Of a DNA stretch of 64,000 nucleotides, positions 16,753 through 34,100 are shown one piece after another. The notes beneath the pieces are model-generated. The model did no database searches, was not told the DNA's origin, and saw only the letters and a program-made list of their open reading frames with translations. The position numbers and the translations under genes are program-made. Origin of the DNA: Eledone cirrhosa (lineage: Eukaryota); NCBI GenBank assembly GCA_964016885.1, contig CAXHJY010000264.1, forward strand, positions 1-64,000, read 5' to 3'. Each line of letters starts with the position of its first letter. The stretch's first letter is position 1.

Positions 16753-18829
16753 TACTAAATGAGGAGAATGCATGGGAGAAAGAGACCTACTCCAAGTAGA
16801 CCCTATAGAGGGGCCAGCAGTACAAGTCAGCAGCAGTGTAGTAAGGCAATCAAAGATATGAAGACAGGGAAGGCAACCGGTCCATCGGGTATAGCTGCCG
16901 AGATGCTGAAGGTATCTGGGTCTGTAGGTCACACTATAACCACACGTATTGTTAACCAGGTAATACTAGGTGTCATACTAAAAGATTGGTGCAGTAGCAT
17001 CATTGTCAACTGCTACAAAGGTAAAGGGTCTGTAGGTCACACTATAACCACACGTATTGTTAACCAGGTAATACTAGAAGGTGTCATACCAAAGGATTGG
17101 TGCAGTAGCATCATTGTCAACTGCTACAAGGTTAAAGGTGATGCACTAGATAGAGGAAACTATAGAGGTATAAACCTGATGGACCAGGTCATGAAAGTAA
17201 CAGAAAGAGTTATAGCACAGTTGATTAGGGACCGGGTGAAACTAGATGAGATGCAATTTGGGTTTGTGCCAGGAAGAGGCACCACTGATGCCCTCTTCCT
17301 TGTGAGGCAGTTACAGGAAAAGTACCTAGCTAAAAGTAAGCCACTCTACCTGGCATTCGTCGATCTCGAGAAAGCCTTTGACAGAGTTCCACGGGCTATA
17401 ATCTGGTGGGCTCTTAGAAAACTAGGAGTAGATGAATGGCTTGTGAAAGCTGTACAAGCCATGTATAGGGTAGCAGTCAGCAAAGTTAGGGTTAATGACT
17501 ATAGCGAGGAATTTAGCATACAGGTCGGTGTCCACCAGGGCTCTGTTCTTAACCCTCTCCTGTTCATCATAGTCCTGCAGGCAATAACGGAGGAGTTTAA
17601 GACCAGATGCCCATGGGAACTCCTGTATGCAGATGACCTCGCACTTATAGCTGAATCTGTGGTAGAACTAGAGAAGAAATTCCAAACTTGGAAGCAGGAA
17701 CTAGAAAGAAAGGGTCTCAAAGTCAACCTGACAAAGACTAAGGTCATTGTAAGTAGATGAGAAAACAGAACCCAGATCCCCTCAAGGAAATGACCTTGCT
17801 CAGTATGTAGGAAAGGTGTAGGTAGGAACTCCATTCTCTGCCCCAAATGCAAACAATGGGTACACAAGAGATGTAGCGGGATCTCCGGAAGTTTAACTAA
17901 GAATGTAGGATTCACATACAGTAACTGTGCTGGGACAGCAAGCAGCAAACAGCCACAGGAAACAAGTACCACCAATCTCTGGGAGGGCTCTGTAGAAACA
18001 GTAGACAGCTTCTGCTACCTAAGTGCCCGAATTAGGAGCGGAGGTGGGTGTTCAGAAAGTACACTAACTAGGGTAAGAACGGGATGTAAGAAGTTCAGGG
18101 AGCTACTGCCACTGCTAGCTGCAAAAGGTTTTTCCCTCAAAATGAAAGGCAGACTGTATGATGCGTGTATATGAACAGCAATGTTACATGGTAGTGAGAC
18201 CTGGGCGTTGTCCGTGGAAGACTTACGTAGATTAGAGAGAAACGAAGCCTGCATGCTCCGATGGATGTGTAATAGTAATATACACGAACGGCAAAGCATG
18301 AGAGAAAGACTGAGTATAAGAGGAATCAAATGCTGTGTGCAGGAGAGGCGGTTGAGCTGGTATGGACATCTGATGCGTATGAAGGATGACAGCTGCATAA
18401 AAAGGCGCAGAGCACTAGAAGTTGATGGAAACAATGGAGTGGGGAGACCCAAGAAAACGTGGGATGAGTTGATAAAAACCAACCTTACCCAATTACACCT
18501 CTCAAAGGTGATGACACACGACCGCGACCTCTGGCGTCATGCAGTAATACAGAAGACCCCCCCCCCCCCCCCCAACGGGTACAAGCTGAAGCTAAAGCAT
18601 ATAGACAATATGCCCCCACACCCTGCCAAGGAAAAAAAGCACCCAGCACTCACTGAAAATGAGGTTGGTGTTTGGAAGGGCATCCAGCTGTAGAGATTCA
18701 AGCCAGAATCAGTTCCTTTATGAGTAAAACAAGGTCAGCCAACTGGACACTGCCCACAACAGGACAAACCGTCTAACCCATGCTAGCATGGAAGAACGGA
18801 CGTAAAACGGTGATGATGATGATGATGAT
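16753..18829 (+). mobile_element. 5'-truncated RTE-clade LINE with RT domain, PHD-like finger, composite 3' UTR and (GAT)n tail; pseudogenised
   Basis: GKATGPSGI, NYRGINL, QFGFVPGRGTTD, AFVDLEKAFDRV, GVHQGSVLNP, LLYADDL. Stops at 17758, 17791 and 18172; in-frame 108-bp internal duplication. Confidence 0.95.
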
Positions 18830-18946
18830 ATATATAAGACACACTCAGAGAAACAATGTATGGTAAAGAAGGCAGATTAGTCCTACATACAACCTCTCCA
18901 ATGCCAGTGATGACAAGATAAAATGTACTGCTACCTTCACTCATGC

Positions 18947-19119
18947 CTACACTGTAGATTACAATGCAGTGTAGATAACACTGTAGATAAAATTGTAGTG
19001 TAGACTACACTGCAGATAACACTGTAGTGTAGACTACACTGTAGTGTAGTCTACAGTGTAGACTACACTGTTGATTACACTGTAGATAACACTGTAGAGA
19101 ATACTGTAGGCTACACTAG
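18947..19119. repeat. Short quasi-palindromic repeat (TACACTGTAG / GTGTAG units of 12 and 17 bp)
   Basis: CTACACTGTAG, ATAACACTGTAG and ACTACACTGTAGTGTAG are reiterated about 12 times, directly abutting the satellite. Confidence 0.8.
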
Positions 19120-19121
19120 CC

Positions 19122-22100
19122 TATCGAAGATATGACAATAATATATCAGAAGATATGACAATAATATATCAGAGGATATGACAATAATATATCAGAAGAT
19201 ATGACAATAATATATCAGAAGATATGATAATGATATATCAGAAGATATGACGATGATATATCAGCAGATATAACAATGATATATCAGAAGATATGACAAT
19301 AGTATATCAGAAGATATGACAATAATATATCAGAAGATATGACAATGATATATCAGACGATATGACAATAATATATCGGAAGATATGACAATAATATATC
19401 AGAAGATATGACAATGATGTATCAGAAGTTATGACAATAATATATCAGAAGATATGACAATAATATATCAGAAGATATGACAATGATATATCAGAAGCTA
19501 TGACAATAATATATCAGAAGATATGACAAAAATATATCAGAAGATATGACAATAATATATCAGAAGTATTGACAATAATATATCAGAAGATATGACAATG
19601 ATATATCAGAAGATATGACAATATATCAGAAGATATGACAATAATATATCAGAAGATATGACAATAATATATCAGAAGATATGACAATAATATATCAGAA
19701 GATATGGTAATGATATATCAGAATATTTAATAATAATATATCAGACAATATGACAATAATATACCAGAAGATATGACAATAATATATCAGAAGATATGAC
19801 AATGATATATCAGAAGATATGACAATAATATATCAGAAGATATGACAATAATATATCAGACAATATGACAATGATATATCAGAAGATATGACAATGATAT
19901 ATCAGAAGATATGACAATGATATATCAGAAGATATGAGAATAATATATCAGAAGATATGAGAATAATATATCAGAAGATATGACAATAATATATCAGAAG
20001 ATATGACAATGATATATCAGAAGATATGACAATGATATATCAGACAATATGACAATAATATATCAGAAGATATGACAATAATATATCAGAAGATATGACA
20101 ATAATATATCAGAAGATATGACAATAATATATCAGAAGATATGATAATGATATATCAGAAGATATGATAATAATATATCAGACAATATGACAATAATATA
20201 TCAGACAATATGACAATGATATATCAGAAGATATGACAATGATATATCAGAAGATATGACAATGATATATCAGAAGATATGACAATAATATATCAGAAGA
20301 TATGACAATCATATATCAGAAGATATGAGAATAATATATCAGAAGATATGAGAATAATATATCAGAAGATATGACAATGATATATCAGAAGATATGACAA
20401 TAATATATCAGACGATACGACAATGATATATCAGAAGATATGACAATGATATATCAGAAGATATGACAATAATATATCAGAAGATACTATAATAATATAT
20501 CAGAAAATATGACAATAATATATCAGAAGATATGACAATAATATATCAGACGATATGACAATAATATATCAGAAGATATGACAATGATATATCAGAAGAT
20601 ATGACAATAATATATCAGACGATATGACGTTAATATATCAGAAGCTATGACAATGATATATCAGAAGATATGATGATATATCAGAAGATATGACAATAAT
20701 ATATCAGAAGATATGACAATAATATATCAGAAGATATGATAATATATCAGAAGATATGACAATGATATATCAGAAGATATGACAATAATATATCAGAAGA
20801 TATGACAATAATATATCAGAAGATATGACAATAATATATCAGAAGATATGACAATGATATATCAGAAGATATGATAATAATATATCAGAAGATATGATAA
20901 TAATATATCAGAAGATATGACAATGATATATAAGAAGATATGACAATATATCAGAAGATATGACAATGATATATCAGAAGATATGACAATGATATATCAG
21001 ACAATATGACAATAATATATCAGAAGATATGAGAATAATATATCAGAAGATATGACAATGATATATCAGAAGATATGACAATAATATATCAGAAGATATG
21101 ACAATCATATATCAGAAGATATGAGAATAATATATCAGAAGATATGAGAATAATATATCAGAAGATATGACAATGATATATCAGAAGATATGACAATAAT
21201 ATATCAGACGATACGACAATAATATATCAGAAGATATGACAATGATATATCAGAAGATATGACAATAATATATCAGAAGATACTATAATAATATATCAGA
21301 AAATATGACAATAATATATCAGAAGATATGACAATAATATATCAGACGATATGACAATGATATATCAAAAGATATGAAAATAATATATCAGACGATATGA
21401 CAATGATATATCAGAAGATATGACAATAATATATCAGACGATATGACAATAATATATCAGACGATATGACAATGATATATCAGGAGATATGACAATGATA
21501 TATCAGAAGATATGACAATAATATATCAGACAATATGATAATGTTATATCAGAAGATATGACAATGATATATCTGACGATATGACAATAATATATCAGAA
21601 GATATGACAATAACATAGACGATATGACAATAATATATCAGAAGATATGACAATAATATATCAGAAGATATGATAATAATATATCGGACGATATGACAAT
21701 AATATATCAGAAGATATGACAATAACATATCAGACGATATGACAATGATATATCAAAAGATATGATAATAATATATCAGACGATATGACAATAATATATC
21801 AGAAAATATGACAATGTTATATCAGAAGATATGACAATAATATATCAGAAGATATGACAATGATATATTAGAAGATATGACAAAAATGTATCAGAAGATA
21901 TGACAATAATATATCAGAAGATATGACAATGATATATCAGAAGATATGACAATAATATATCAGAAGATATGACAATAATACATTAGAAGATATGACAATG
22001 ATATATCAGACGATATGACAATAATATATCAGAAAATATGATGTTATATCAGAAGATATGACAATGATATATCTGACGATATGACAATGATATATCAGAA

Positions 22101-25100
22101 GATATGACAATAATATATCAGAAGATATGATAATAATATATCAGAAGATATGACAATAATATATCAGAAGATATGACAATAATATATTAGACGATATGAC
22201 AATAATATATCAGAAGATATGACAATAATATATCAGAAGATATGACAATAATATATCAGAAGATATGACAATGATATATCAGAAGATATGATAATAATAT
22301 ATCACAATATATGACAATAATATATCAGAAGATATGACAATAATATATCAGACGATATGACAATAATATATCGCAAGATATGACAATAATATATCAGAAG
22401 ATATGACAATAATATATCAGAAGATATGACAATAATATATCAGACGATATGACAATAATATATCAGAAGATATGATAATAATATATCAGAAGATATGACA
22501 ATAATATATCAGAAGATATGACAATAATATATCAGAAGATATGACAATGATATATCAGAAGATATGACAATAATATATCAGACGATATGACAATAATATA
22601 TCAGAAGATATGACAATAATATATCAGAAGATATGACAATAATATATCAGAAGATATGACAATAATATATAAGAAGATATGACAATAATATATGAGAAGA
22701 TATGACAATGATATATCAGAAGATATCACAATAATATATCAGAAGATATCACAATAATACATCAGAAGATATGACAATGAAATATCAGAAGATATGATAA
22801 TAATATATGAGAAGATATGATAATAATATATCAGACGATATGACAATAATATATCAGACGATATGACAATAATATATCAGAAGATATGACAATGATATAT
22901 CAGACGATACGACAATAATATATCAGAAGATATGAAAATAATATATCAGAATATATGACAATGATGTATCAGAAGATATGACAATGATGTATCAGAAGAT
23001 ATGACAATAATATATCAGAAGATATGATAATAATATATCAGAAGATATGATAATGATATATCAGAAGATATGACAATGATATATAAGATATGACAATAAT
23101 ATATCAGAAGATATGACAATAATATATCAGAAGATATGACAATAATATATCAGACGATATGACAATGATATATCAGAAGATATGACAATAATATATCAGA
23201 CGATATGACAATGATATATCAGAAGATATGACAATAATATATCAGACGATATGACAATAATATATCAGAAGATATGACAATGATATATCAGAAGATATGA
23301 CAATGATATATCAGAAGATATGACAATATATCAGACAATATGATAATGTTATATCAGAAGATATGACAATGATATATCTGACGATATGACAGTAATAAAT
23401 CAGAAGATATGACAATAATATATCAGAAGATATGACAATAACATAGACGATATGACAATAATATATCAGAAGATATGACAATAATATATCAGAAGATATG
23501 ACAATAATATATCAGAAGATATGACAATAATAGAAGATATGACAATAATATATCAGACGATATGACAATGATATATCAAAAGGTATGACAATAATATATC
23601 AGACGATATGACAATGATATATCAGAAGATATGACAATAATATATCAGACGATATGACAATGATATATCAGAAGATATGACAATGATATATCAGAAGATA
23701 TGACAATAATATATCAGACAATATGATAATGTTATATCAGAAGATATGACAATGATATATCTGACGATATGACAATAATATATCAGACGATATGACAATA
23801 ATATATCAGAAGATATGACAATAATATATCAGAAGATATGACAATAATATATCAGAAGATATGACAATAATATATCAGAAGATATGACAATAATATATCA
23901 GAAGATACTATAATAATATATCAGACGATATGACAATAATATATCAGAAGATATGACAATAACATATCAGACGATATGACAATGATATATCAGAAGATAT
24001 GATAATAATATATCAGACGATATGACAATAATATATCAGAAAATATGACAATGTTATATCAGAAGATATGACAATAATATATCAGAAGATATGACAATGA
24101 TATATCAGAAGATATGACAATAATATATCAGAAGATATGACAATCATATATCAGAAGATATGAGAATAATATATCAGAAGATATGAGAATAATATATCAG
24201 AAGATATGACAATGATATATCAGAAGATATGACAATAATATATCAGACGACACGACAATAATATATCAGAAGATATGACAATGATATATCAGAAGATATG
24301 ACAATAATATATCAGAAGATACTATAATAATATATCAGAAAATATGACAATAATATATCAGAAGATATGACAATAATATATCAGACGATATGACAATAAT
24401 ATATCAGAAGATATGACAATGATATATCAGAAGATATGACAATAATATATCAGACGATATGACGTTAATATATCAGAAGCTATGACAATGATATATCAGA
24501 AGATATGATGATATATCAGAAGACATGACAATAATATATCAGAAGATATGACAATAATATATCAGAAGATATGATAATATATCAGAAGATATGACAATGA
24601 TATATCAGAAGATATGACAATAATATATCAGAAGATATGACAATAATATATCAGAAGATATGACAATAATATATCAGAAGATATGACAATGATATATCAG
24701 AAGATATGATAATAATATATCAGAAGATATGATAATAATATATCAGAAGATATGATAATGATATATCAGAAGATATGACAATGATATATAAGAAGATATG
24801 ACAATATATCAGAAGATGTGACAATGATATATCAGAAGATATGACAATGATATATCAGACAATATGACAATAATATATCAGAAGATATGAGAATAATATA
24901 TCAGAAGATATGACAATGATATATCAGAAGATATGACAATAATATATCAGAAGATATGACAATCATATATCAGAAGATATGAGAATAATATATCAGAAGA
25001 TATGAGAATAATATATCAGAAGATATGACAATGATATATCAGAAGATATGACAATAATATATCAGACGATACGACAATAATATATCAGAAGATATGACAA

Positions 25101-28100
25101 TGATATATCAGAAGATATGACAATAATATATCAGAAGATACTATAATAATATATCAGAAAATATGACAATAATATATCAGAAGATATGACAATAATATAT
25201 CAGACGATATGACAATGATATATCAAAAGATATGAAAATAATATATCAGACGATATGACAATGATATATCAGAAGATATGACAATAATATATCAGACGAT
25301 ATGACAATAATATATCAGACGATATGACAATGATATATCAGGAGATATGACAATGATATATCAGAAGATATGACAATAATATATCAGACAATATGATAAT
25401 GTTATATCAGAAGATATGACAATGATATATCTGACGATATGACAATAATATATCAGAAGATATGACAATAACATAGACGATATGACAATAATATATCAGA
25501 AGATATGACAATAATATATCAGAAGATATGACAATAATATATCAGAAGATATGACAATAATATATCAGAAGATATGATAATAATATATCGGACGATATGA
25601 CAATAATATATCAGAAGATATGACAATAACATATCAGACGATATGACAATGATATATCAAAAGATATGATAATAATATATCAGACGATATGACAATAATA
25701 TATCAGAAAATATGACAATGTTATATCAGAAGATATGACAATAATATATCAGAAGATATGACAATGATATATTAGAAGATATGACAAAAATGTATCAGAA
25801 GATATGACAATAATATATCAGAAGATATGACAATGATATATCAGAAGATATGACAATATATCAGACAATATGATAATGTTATATCAGAAGATATGACAAT
25901 GATATATCTGACGATATGACAGTAATAAATCAGAAGATATGACAATAATATATCAGAAGATATGACAATAACATAGACGATATGACAATAATATATCAGA
26001 AGATATGACAATAATATATCAGAAGATATGACAATAATATATCAGAAGATATGACAATAATAGAAGATATGACAATAATATATCAGACGATATGACAATG
26101 ATATATCAAAAGGTATGACAATAATATATCAGACGATATGACAATGATATATCAGAAGATATGACAATAATATATCAGACGATATGACAATGATATATCA
26201 GAAGATATGACAATGATATATCAGAAGATATGACAATAATATATCAGACAATATGATAATGTTATATCAGAAGATATGACAATGATATATCTGACGATAT
26301 GACAATAATATATCAGACGATATGACAATAATATATCAGAAGATATGACAATAATATATCAGAAGATATGACAATAATATATCAGAAGATATGACAATAA
26401 TATATCAGAAGATATGACAATAATATATCAGAAGATACTATAATAATATATCAGACGATATGACAATAATATATCAGAAGATATGACAATAACATATCAG
26501 ACGATATGACAATGATATATCAGAAGATATGATAATAATATATCAGACGATATGACAATAATATATCAGAAAATATGACAATGTTATATCAGAAGATATG
26601 ACAATAATATATCAGAAGATACGACAATGATATATCAGAAGATATGACAATAATATATCAGAAGATATGACAATCATATATCAGAAGATATGAGAATAAT
26701 ATATCAGAAGATATGAGAATAATATATCAGAAGATATGACAATGATATATCAGAAGATATGACAATAATATATCAGACGACACGACAATAATATATCAGA
26801 AGATATGACAATGATATATCAGAAGATATGACAATAATATATCAGAAGATACTATAATAATATATCAGAAAATATGACAATAATATATCAGAAGATATGA
26901 CAATAATATATCAGACGATATGACAATAATATATCAGAAGATATGACAATGATATATCAGAAGATATGACAATAATATATCAGACGATATGACGTTAATA
27001 TATCAGAAGCTATGACAATGATATATCAGAAGATATGATGATATATCAGAAGACATGACAATAATATATCAGAAGATATGACAATAATATATCAGAAGAT
27101 ATGATAATATATCAGAAGATATGACAATGATATATCAGAAGATATGACAATAATATATCAGAAGATATGACAATAATATATCAGAAGATATGACAATAAT
27201 ATATCAGAAGATATGACAATGATATATCAGAAGATATGATAATAATATATCAGAAGATATGATAATAATATATCAGAAGATATGATAATGATATATCAGA
27301 AGATATGACAATGATATATAAGAAGATATGACAATATATCAGAAGATGTGACAATGATATATCAGAAGATATGACAATGATATATCAGACAATATGACAA
27401 TAATATATCAGAAGATATGAGAATAATATATCAGAAGATATGACAATGATATATCAGAAGATATGACAATAATATATCAGAAGATATGACAATCATATAT
27501 CAGAAGATATGAGAATAATATATCAGAAGATATGAGAATAATATATCAGAAGATATGACAATGATATATCAGAAGATATGACAATAATATATCAGACGAT
27601 ACGACAATAATATATCAGAAGATATGACAATGATATATCAGAAGATATGACAATAATATATCAGAAGATACTATAATAATATATCAGAAAATATGACAAT
27701 AATATATCAGAAGATATGACAATAATATATCAGACGATATGACAATGATATATCAAAAGATATGAAAATAATATATCAGACGATATGACAATGATATATC
27801 AGAAGATATGACAATAATATATCAGACGATATGACAATAATATATCAGACGATATGACAATGATATATCAGGAGATATGACAATGATATATCAGAAGATA
27901 TGACAATAATATATCAGACAATATGATAATGTTATATCAGAAGATATGACAATGATATATCTGACGATATGACAATAATATATCAGAAGATATGACAATA
28001 ACATAGACGATATGACAATAATATATCAGAAGATATGACAATAATATATCAGAAGATATGACAATAATATATCAGAAGATATGACAATAATATATCAGAA

Positions 28101-31100
28101 GATATGATAATAATATATCGGACGATATGACAATAATATATCAGAAGATATGACAATAACATATCAGACGATATGACAATGATATATCAAAAGATATGAT
28201 AATAATATATCAGACGATATGACAATAATATATCAGAAAATATGACAATGTTATATCAGAAGATATGACAATAATATATCAGAAGATATGACAATGATAT
28301 ATTAGAAGATATGACAAAAATGTATCAGAAGATATGACAATAATATATCAGAAGATATGACAATGATATATCAGAAGATATGACAATAATATATCAGAAG
28401 ATATGACAATAATACATTAGAAGATATGACAATGATATATCAGACGATATGACAATAATATATCAGAAAATATGATGTTATATCAGAAGATATGACAATG
28501 ATATATCTGACGATATGACAATGATATATCAGAAGATATGACAATGATATATCAGAAGATATGACAATAATATATCAGAAGATATGATAATAATATATCA
28601 GAAGATATGACAATAATATATCAGAAGATATGACAATAATATATTAGACGATATGACAATAATATATCAGAAGATATGACAATAATATATCAGAAGATAT
28701 GACAATAATATATCAGAAGATATGACAATGATATATCAGAAGATATGATAATAATATATCACATTATATGACAATAATATATCAGAAGATATGACAATAA
28801 TATATCAGACGATATGACAATAATATATCGCAAGATATGACAATAATATATCAGAAGATATGACAATAATATATCAGAAGATATGAAAATAATATATCAG
28901 ACGATATGACAATAATATATCAGAAGATATGATAATAATATATCAGAAGATATGACAATAATATATCAGAAGATATGACAATAATATATCAGAAGATATG
29001 ACAATGATATATCAGAAGATATGACAATAATATATCAGACGATATGACAATAATATATCAGAAGATATGACAATAATATATCAGAAGATATGACAATAAT
29101 ATATCAGAAGATATGACAATAATATATAAGAAGATATGACAATAATATATGAGAAGATATGACAATGATATATCAGAAGATATCACAATAATATATCAGA
29201 AGATATCACAATAATACATCAGAAGATATGACAATGAAATATCAGAAGATATGATAATAATATATGAGAAGATATGATAATAATATATCAGACGATATGA
29301 CAATAATATATCAGACGATATGACAATAATATATCAGAAGATATGACAATGATATATCAGACGATACGACAATAATATATCAGAAGATATGACAATGATA
29401 TATCAGAAGATATGACAATAATATATCAGAAGATACTATAATAATATATCAGAAAATATGACAATAATATATCAGAAGATATGACAATAATATATCAGAC
29501 GATATGACAATAATATATCAGAAGATATGACAATGATATATCAGAAGATATGACAATGATATATCAGAAGATATGATGATATATCAGAAGATATGACAAT
29601 AATATATCAGAAGATATGACAATAATATATCAGAAGATATGATAATATATCAGAAGATATGACAATGATATATCAGAAGATATGACAATAATATATCAGA
29701 AGATATGACAATAATATATCAGAAGATATGACAATAATATATCAGAAGATATGACAATGATATATCAGAAGATATGACAATAATATATCAGAAGATATGA
29801 CAATAATACATTAGAAGATATGACAATGATATATCAGACGATATGACAATAATATATCAGAAAATATGATGTTATATCAGAAGATATGACAATGATATAT
29901 CTGACGATATGACAATGATATATCAGAAGATATGACAATGATATATCAGAAGATATGACAATAATATATCAGAAGATATGATAATAATATATCAGAAGAT
30001 ATGACAATAATATATCAGAAGATATGACAATAATATATTAGACGATATGACAATAATATATCAGAAGATATGACAATAATATATCAGAAGATATGACAAT
30101 AATATATCAGAAGATATGACAATGATATATCAGAAGATATGATAATAATATATCACATTATATGACAATAATATATCAGAAGATATGACAATAATATATC
30201 AGACGATATGACAATAATATATCGCAAGATATGACAATAATATATCAGAAGATATGACAATAATATATCAGAAGATATGAAAATAATATATCAGACGATA
30301 TGACAATAATATATCAGAAGATATGATAATAATATATCAGAAGATATGACAATAATATATCAGAAGATATGACAATAATATATCAGAAGATATGACAATG
30401 ATATATCAGAAGATATGACAATAATATATCAGACGATATGACAATAATATATCAGAAGATATGACAATAATATATCAGAAGATATGACAATAATATATCA
30501 GAAGATATGACAATAATATATAAGAAGATATGACAATAATATATGAGAAGATATGACAATGATATATCAGAAGATATCACAATAATATATCAGAAGATAT
30601 CACAATAATACATCAGAAGATATGACAATGAAATATCAGAAGATATGATAATAATATATGAGAAGATATGATAATAATATATCAGACGATATGACAATAA
30701 TATATCAGACGATATGACAATAATATATCAGAAGATATGACAATGATATATCAGACGATACGACAATAATATATCAGAAGATATGACAATGATATATCAG
30801 AAGATATGACAATAATATATCTGAAGATACTATAATAATATATCAGAAAATATGACAATAATATATCAGAAGATATGACAATAATATATCAGACGATATG
30901 ACAATAATATATCAGAAGATATGACAATGATATATCAGAAGATATGACAATGATATATCAGAAGATATGATGATATATCAGAAGATATGACAATAATATA
31001 TCAGAAGATATGACAATAATATATCAGAAGATATGATAATATATCAGAAGATATGACAATGATATATCAGAAGATATGACAATAATATATCAGAAGATAT

Positions 31101-34100
31101 GACAATAATATATCAGAAGATATGACAATAATATATCAGAAGATATGACAATGATATATCAGAAGATATGATAATAATATATCAGAAGATATGATAATAA
31201 TATATCAGAAGATATGATAATGATATATCAGAAGATATGACAATGATATATAAGAAGATATGACAATATATCAGAAGATGTGACAATGATATATCAGAAG
31301 ATATGACAATGATATATCAGACAATATGACAATAATATATCAGAAGATATGAGAATAATATATCAGAAGATATGACAATGATATATCAGAAGATATGACA
31401 ATAATATATCAGAAGATATGACAATCATATATCAGAAGATATGAGAATAATATATCAGAAGATATGAGAATAATATATCAGAAGATATGACAATAATATA
31501 TCAGACGATACGACAATAATATATCAGAAGATATGACAATGATATATCAGAAGATATGACAATAATATATCAGAAGATACTATAATAATATATCAGAAAA
31601 TATGACAATAATATATCAGAAGATATGACAATAATATATCAGACGATATGACAATGATATATCAAAAGATATGAAAATAATATATCAGACGATATGACAA
31701 TGATATATCAGAAGATATGACAATAATATATCAGACGATATGACAATAATATATCAGACGATATGACAATGATATATCAGGAGATATGACAATGATATAT
31801 CAGAAGATATGACAATAATATATCAGACAATATGATAATGTTATATCAGAAGATATGACAATGATATATCTGACGATATGACAATAATATATCAGAAGAT
31901 ATGACAATAACATAGACGATATGACAATAATATATCAGAAGATATGACAATAATATATCAGAAGATATGACAATAATATATCAGAAGATATGACAATAAT
32001 ATATCAGAAGATATGATAATAATATATCGGACGATATGACAATAATATATCAGTAGATATGACAATAACATATCAGACGATATGACAAGGATATATCAAA
32101 AGATATGATAATAATATATCAGACGATATGACAATAATATATCAGAAAATATGACAATGTTATATCAGAAGATATGACAATAATATATCAGAAGATATGA
32201 CAATGATATATTAGAAGATATGACAAAAATGTATCAGAAGATATGACAATAATATATCAGAAGATATGACAATGATATATCAGAAGATATGACAATAATA
32301 TATCAGAAGATATGACAATAATACATTAGAAGATATGACAATGATATATCAGACGATATGACAATAATATATCAGAAAATATGATGTTATATCAGAAGAT
32401 ATGACAATGATATATCTGACGATATGACAATGATATATCAGAAGATATGACAATGATATATCAGAAGATATGACAATAATATATCAGAAGATATGATAAT
32501 AATATATCAGAAGATATGACAATAATATATCAGAAGATATGACAATAATATATTAGACGATATGACAATAATATATCAGAAGATATGACAATGATATATC
32601 AGAAGATATGACAATAATATATCAGAAGATACTATAATAATATATCAGAAAATATGACAATAATATATCAGAAGATATGACAATAATATATCAGACGATA
32701 TGACAATGATATATCAAAAGATATGAAAATAATATATCAGACGATATGACAATGATATATCAGAAGATATGACAATAATATATCAGACGATATGACAATA
32801 ATATATCAGACGATATGACAATGATATATCAGGAGATATGACAATGATATATCAGAAGATATGACAATAATATATCAGACAATATGATAATGTTATATCA
32901 GAAGATATGACAATGATATATCTGACGATATGACAATAATATATCAGAAGATATGACAATAACATAGACGATATGACAATAATATATCAGAAGATATGAC
33001 AATAATATATCAGAAGATATGACAATAATATATCAGAAGATATGACAATAATATATCAGAAGATATGATAATAATATATCGGACGATATGACAATAATAT
33101 ATCAGAAGATATGACAATAACATATCAGACGATATGACAATGATATATCAAAAGATATGATAATAATATATCAGACGATATGACAATAATATATCAGAAA
33201 ATATGACAATGTTATATCAGAAGATATGACAATAATATATCAGAAGATATGACAATGATATATTAGAAGATATGACAAAAATGTATCAGAAGATATGACA
33301 ATAATATATCAGAAGATATGACAATGATATATCAGAAGATATGACAATAATATATCAGAAGATATGACAATAATACATTAGAAGATATGACAATGATATA
33401 TCAGACGATATGACAATAATATATCAGAAAATATGATGTTATATCAGAAGATATGACAATGATATATCTGACGATATGACAATGATATATCAGAAGATAT
33501 GACAATGATATATCAGAAGATATGACAATAATATATCAGAAGATATGATAATAATATATCAGAAGATATGACAATAATATATCAGAAGATATGACAATAA
33601 TATATTAGACGATATGACAATAATATATCAGAAGATATGACAATAATATATCAGAAGATATGACAATAATATATCAGAAGATATGACAATGATATATCAG
33701 AAGATATGATAATAATATATCACATTATATGACAATAATATATCAGAAGATATGACAATAATATATCAGACGATATGACAATAATATATCGCAAGATATG
33801 ACAATAATATATCAGAAGATATGACAATAATATATCAGAAGATATGAAAATAATATATCAGACGATATGACAATAATATATCAGAAGATATGATAATAAT
33901 ATATCAGAAGATATGACAATAATATATCAGAAGATATGACAATAATATATCAGAAGATATGACAATGATATATCAGAAGATATGACAATAATATATCAGA
34001 CGATATGACAATAATATATCAGAAGATATGACAATAATATATCAGAAGATATGACAATAATATATCAGAAGATATGACAATAATATATAAGAAGATATGA

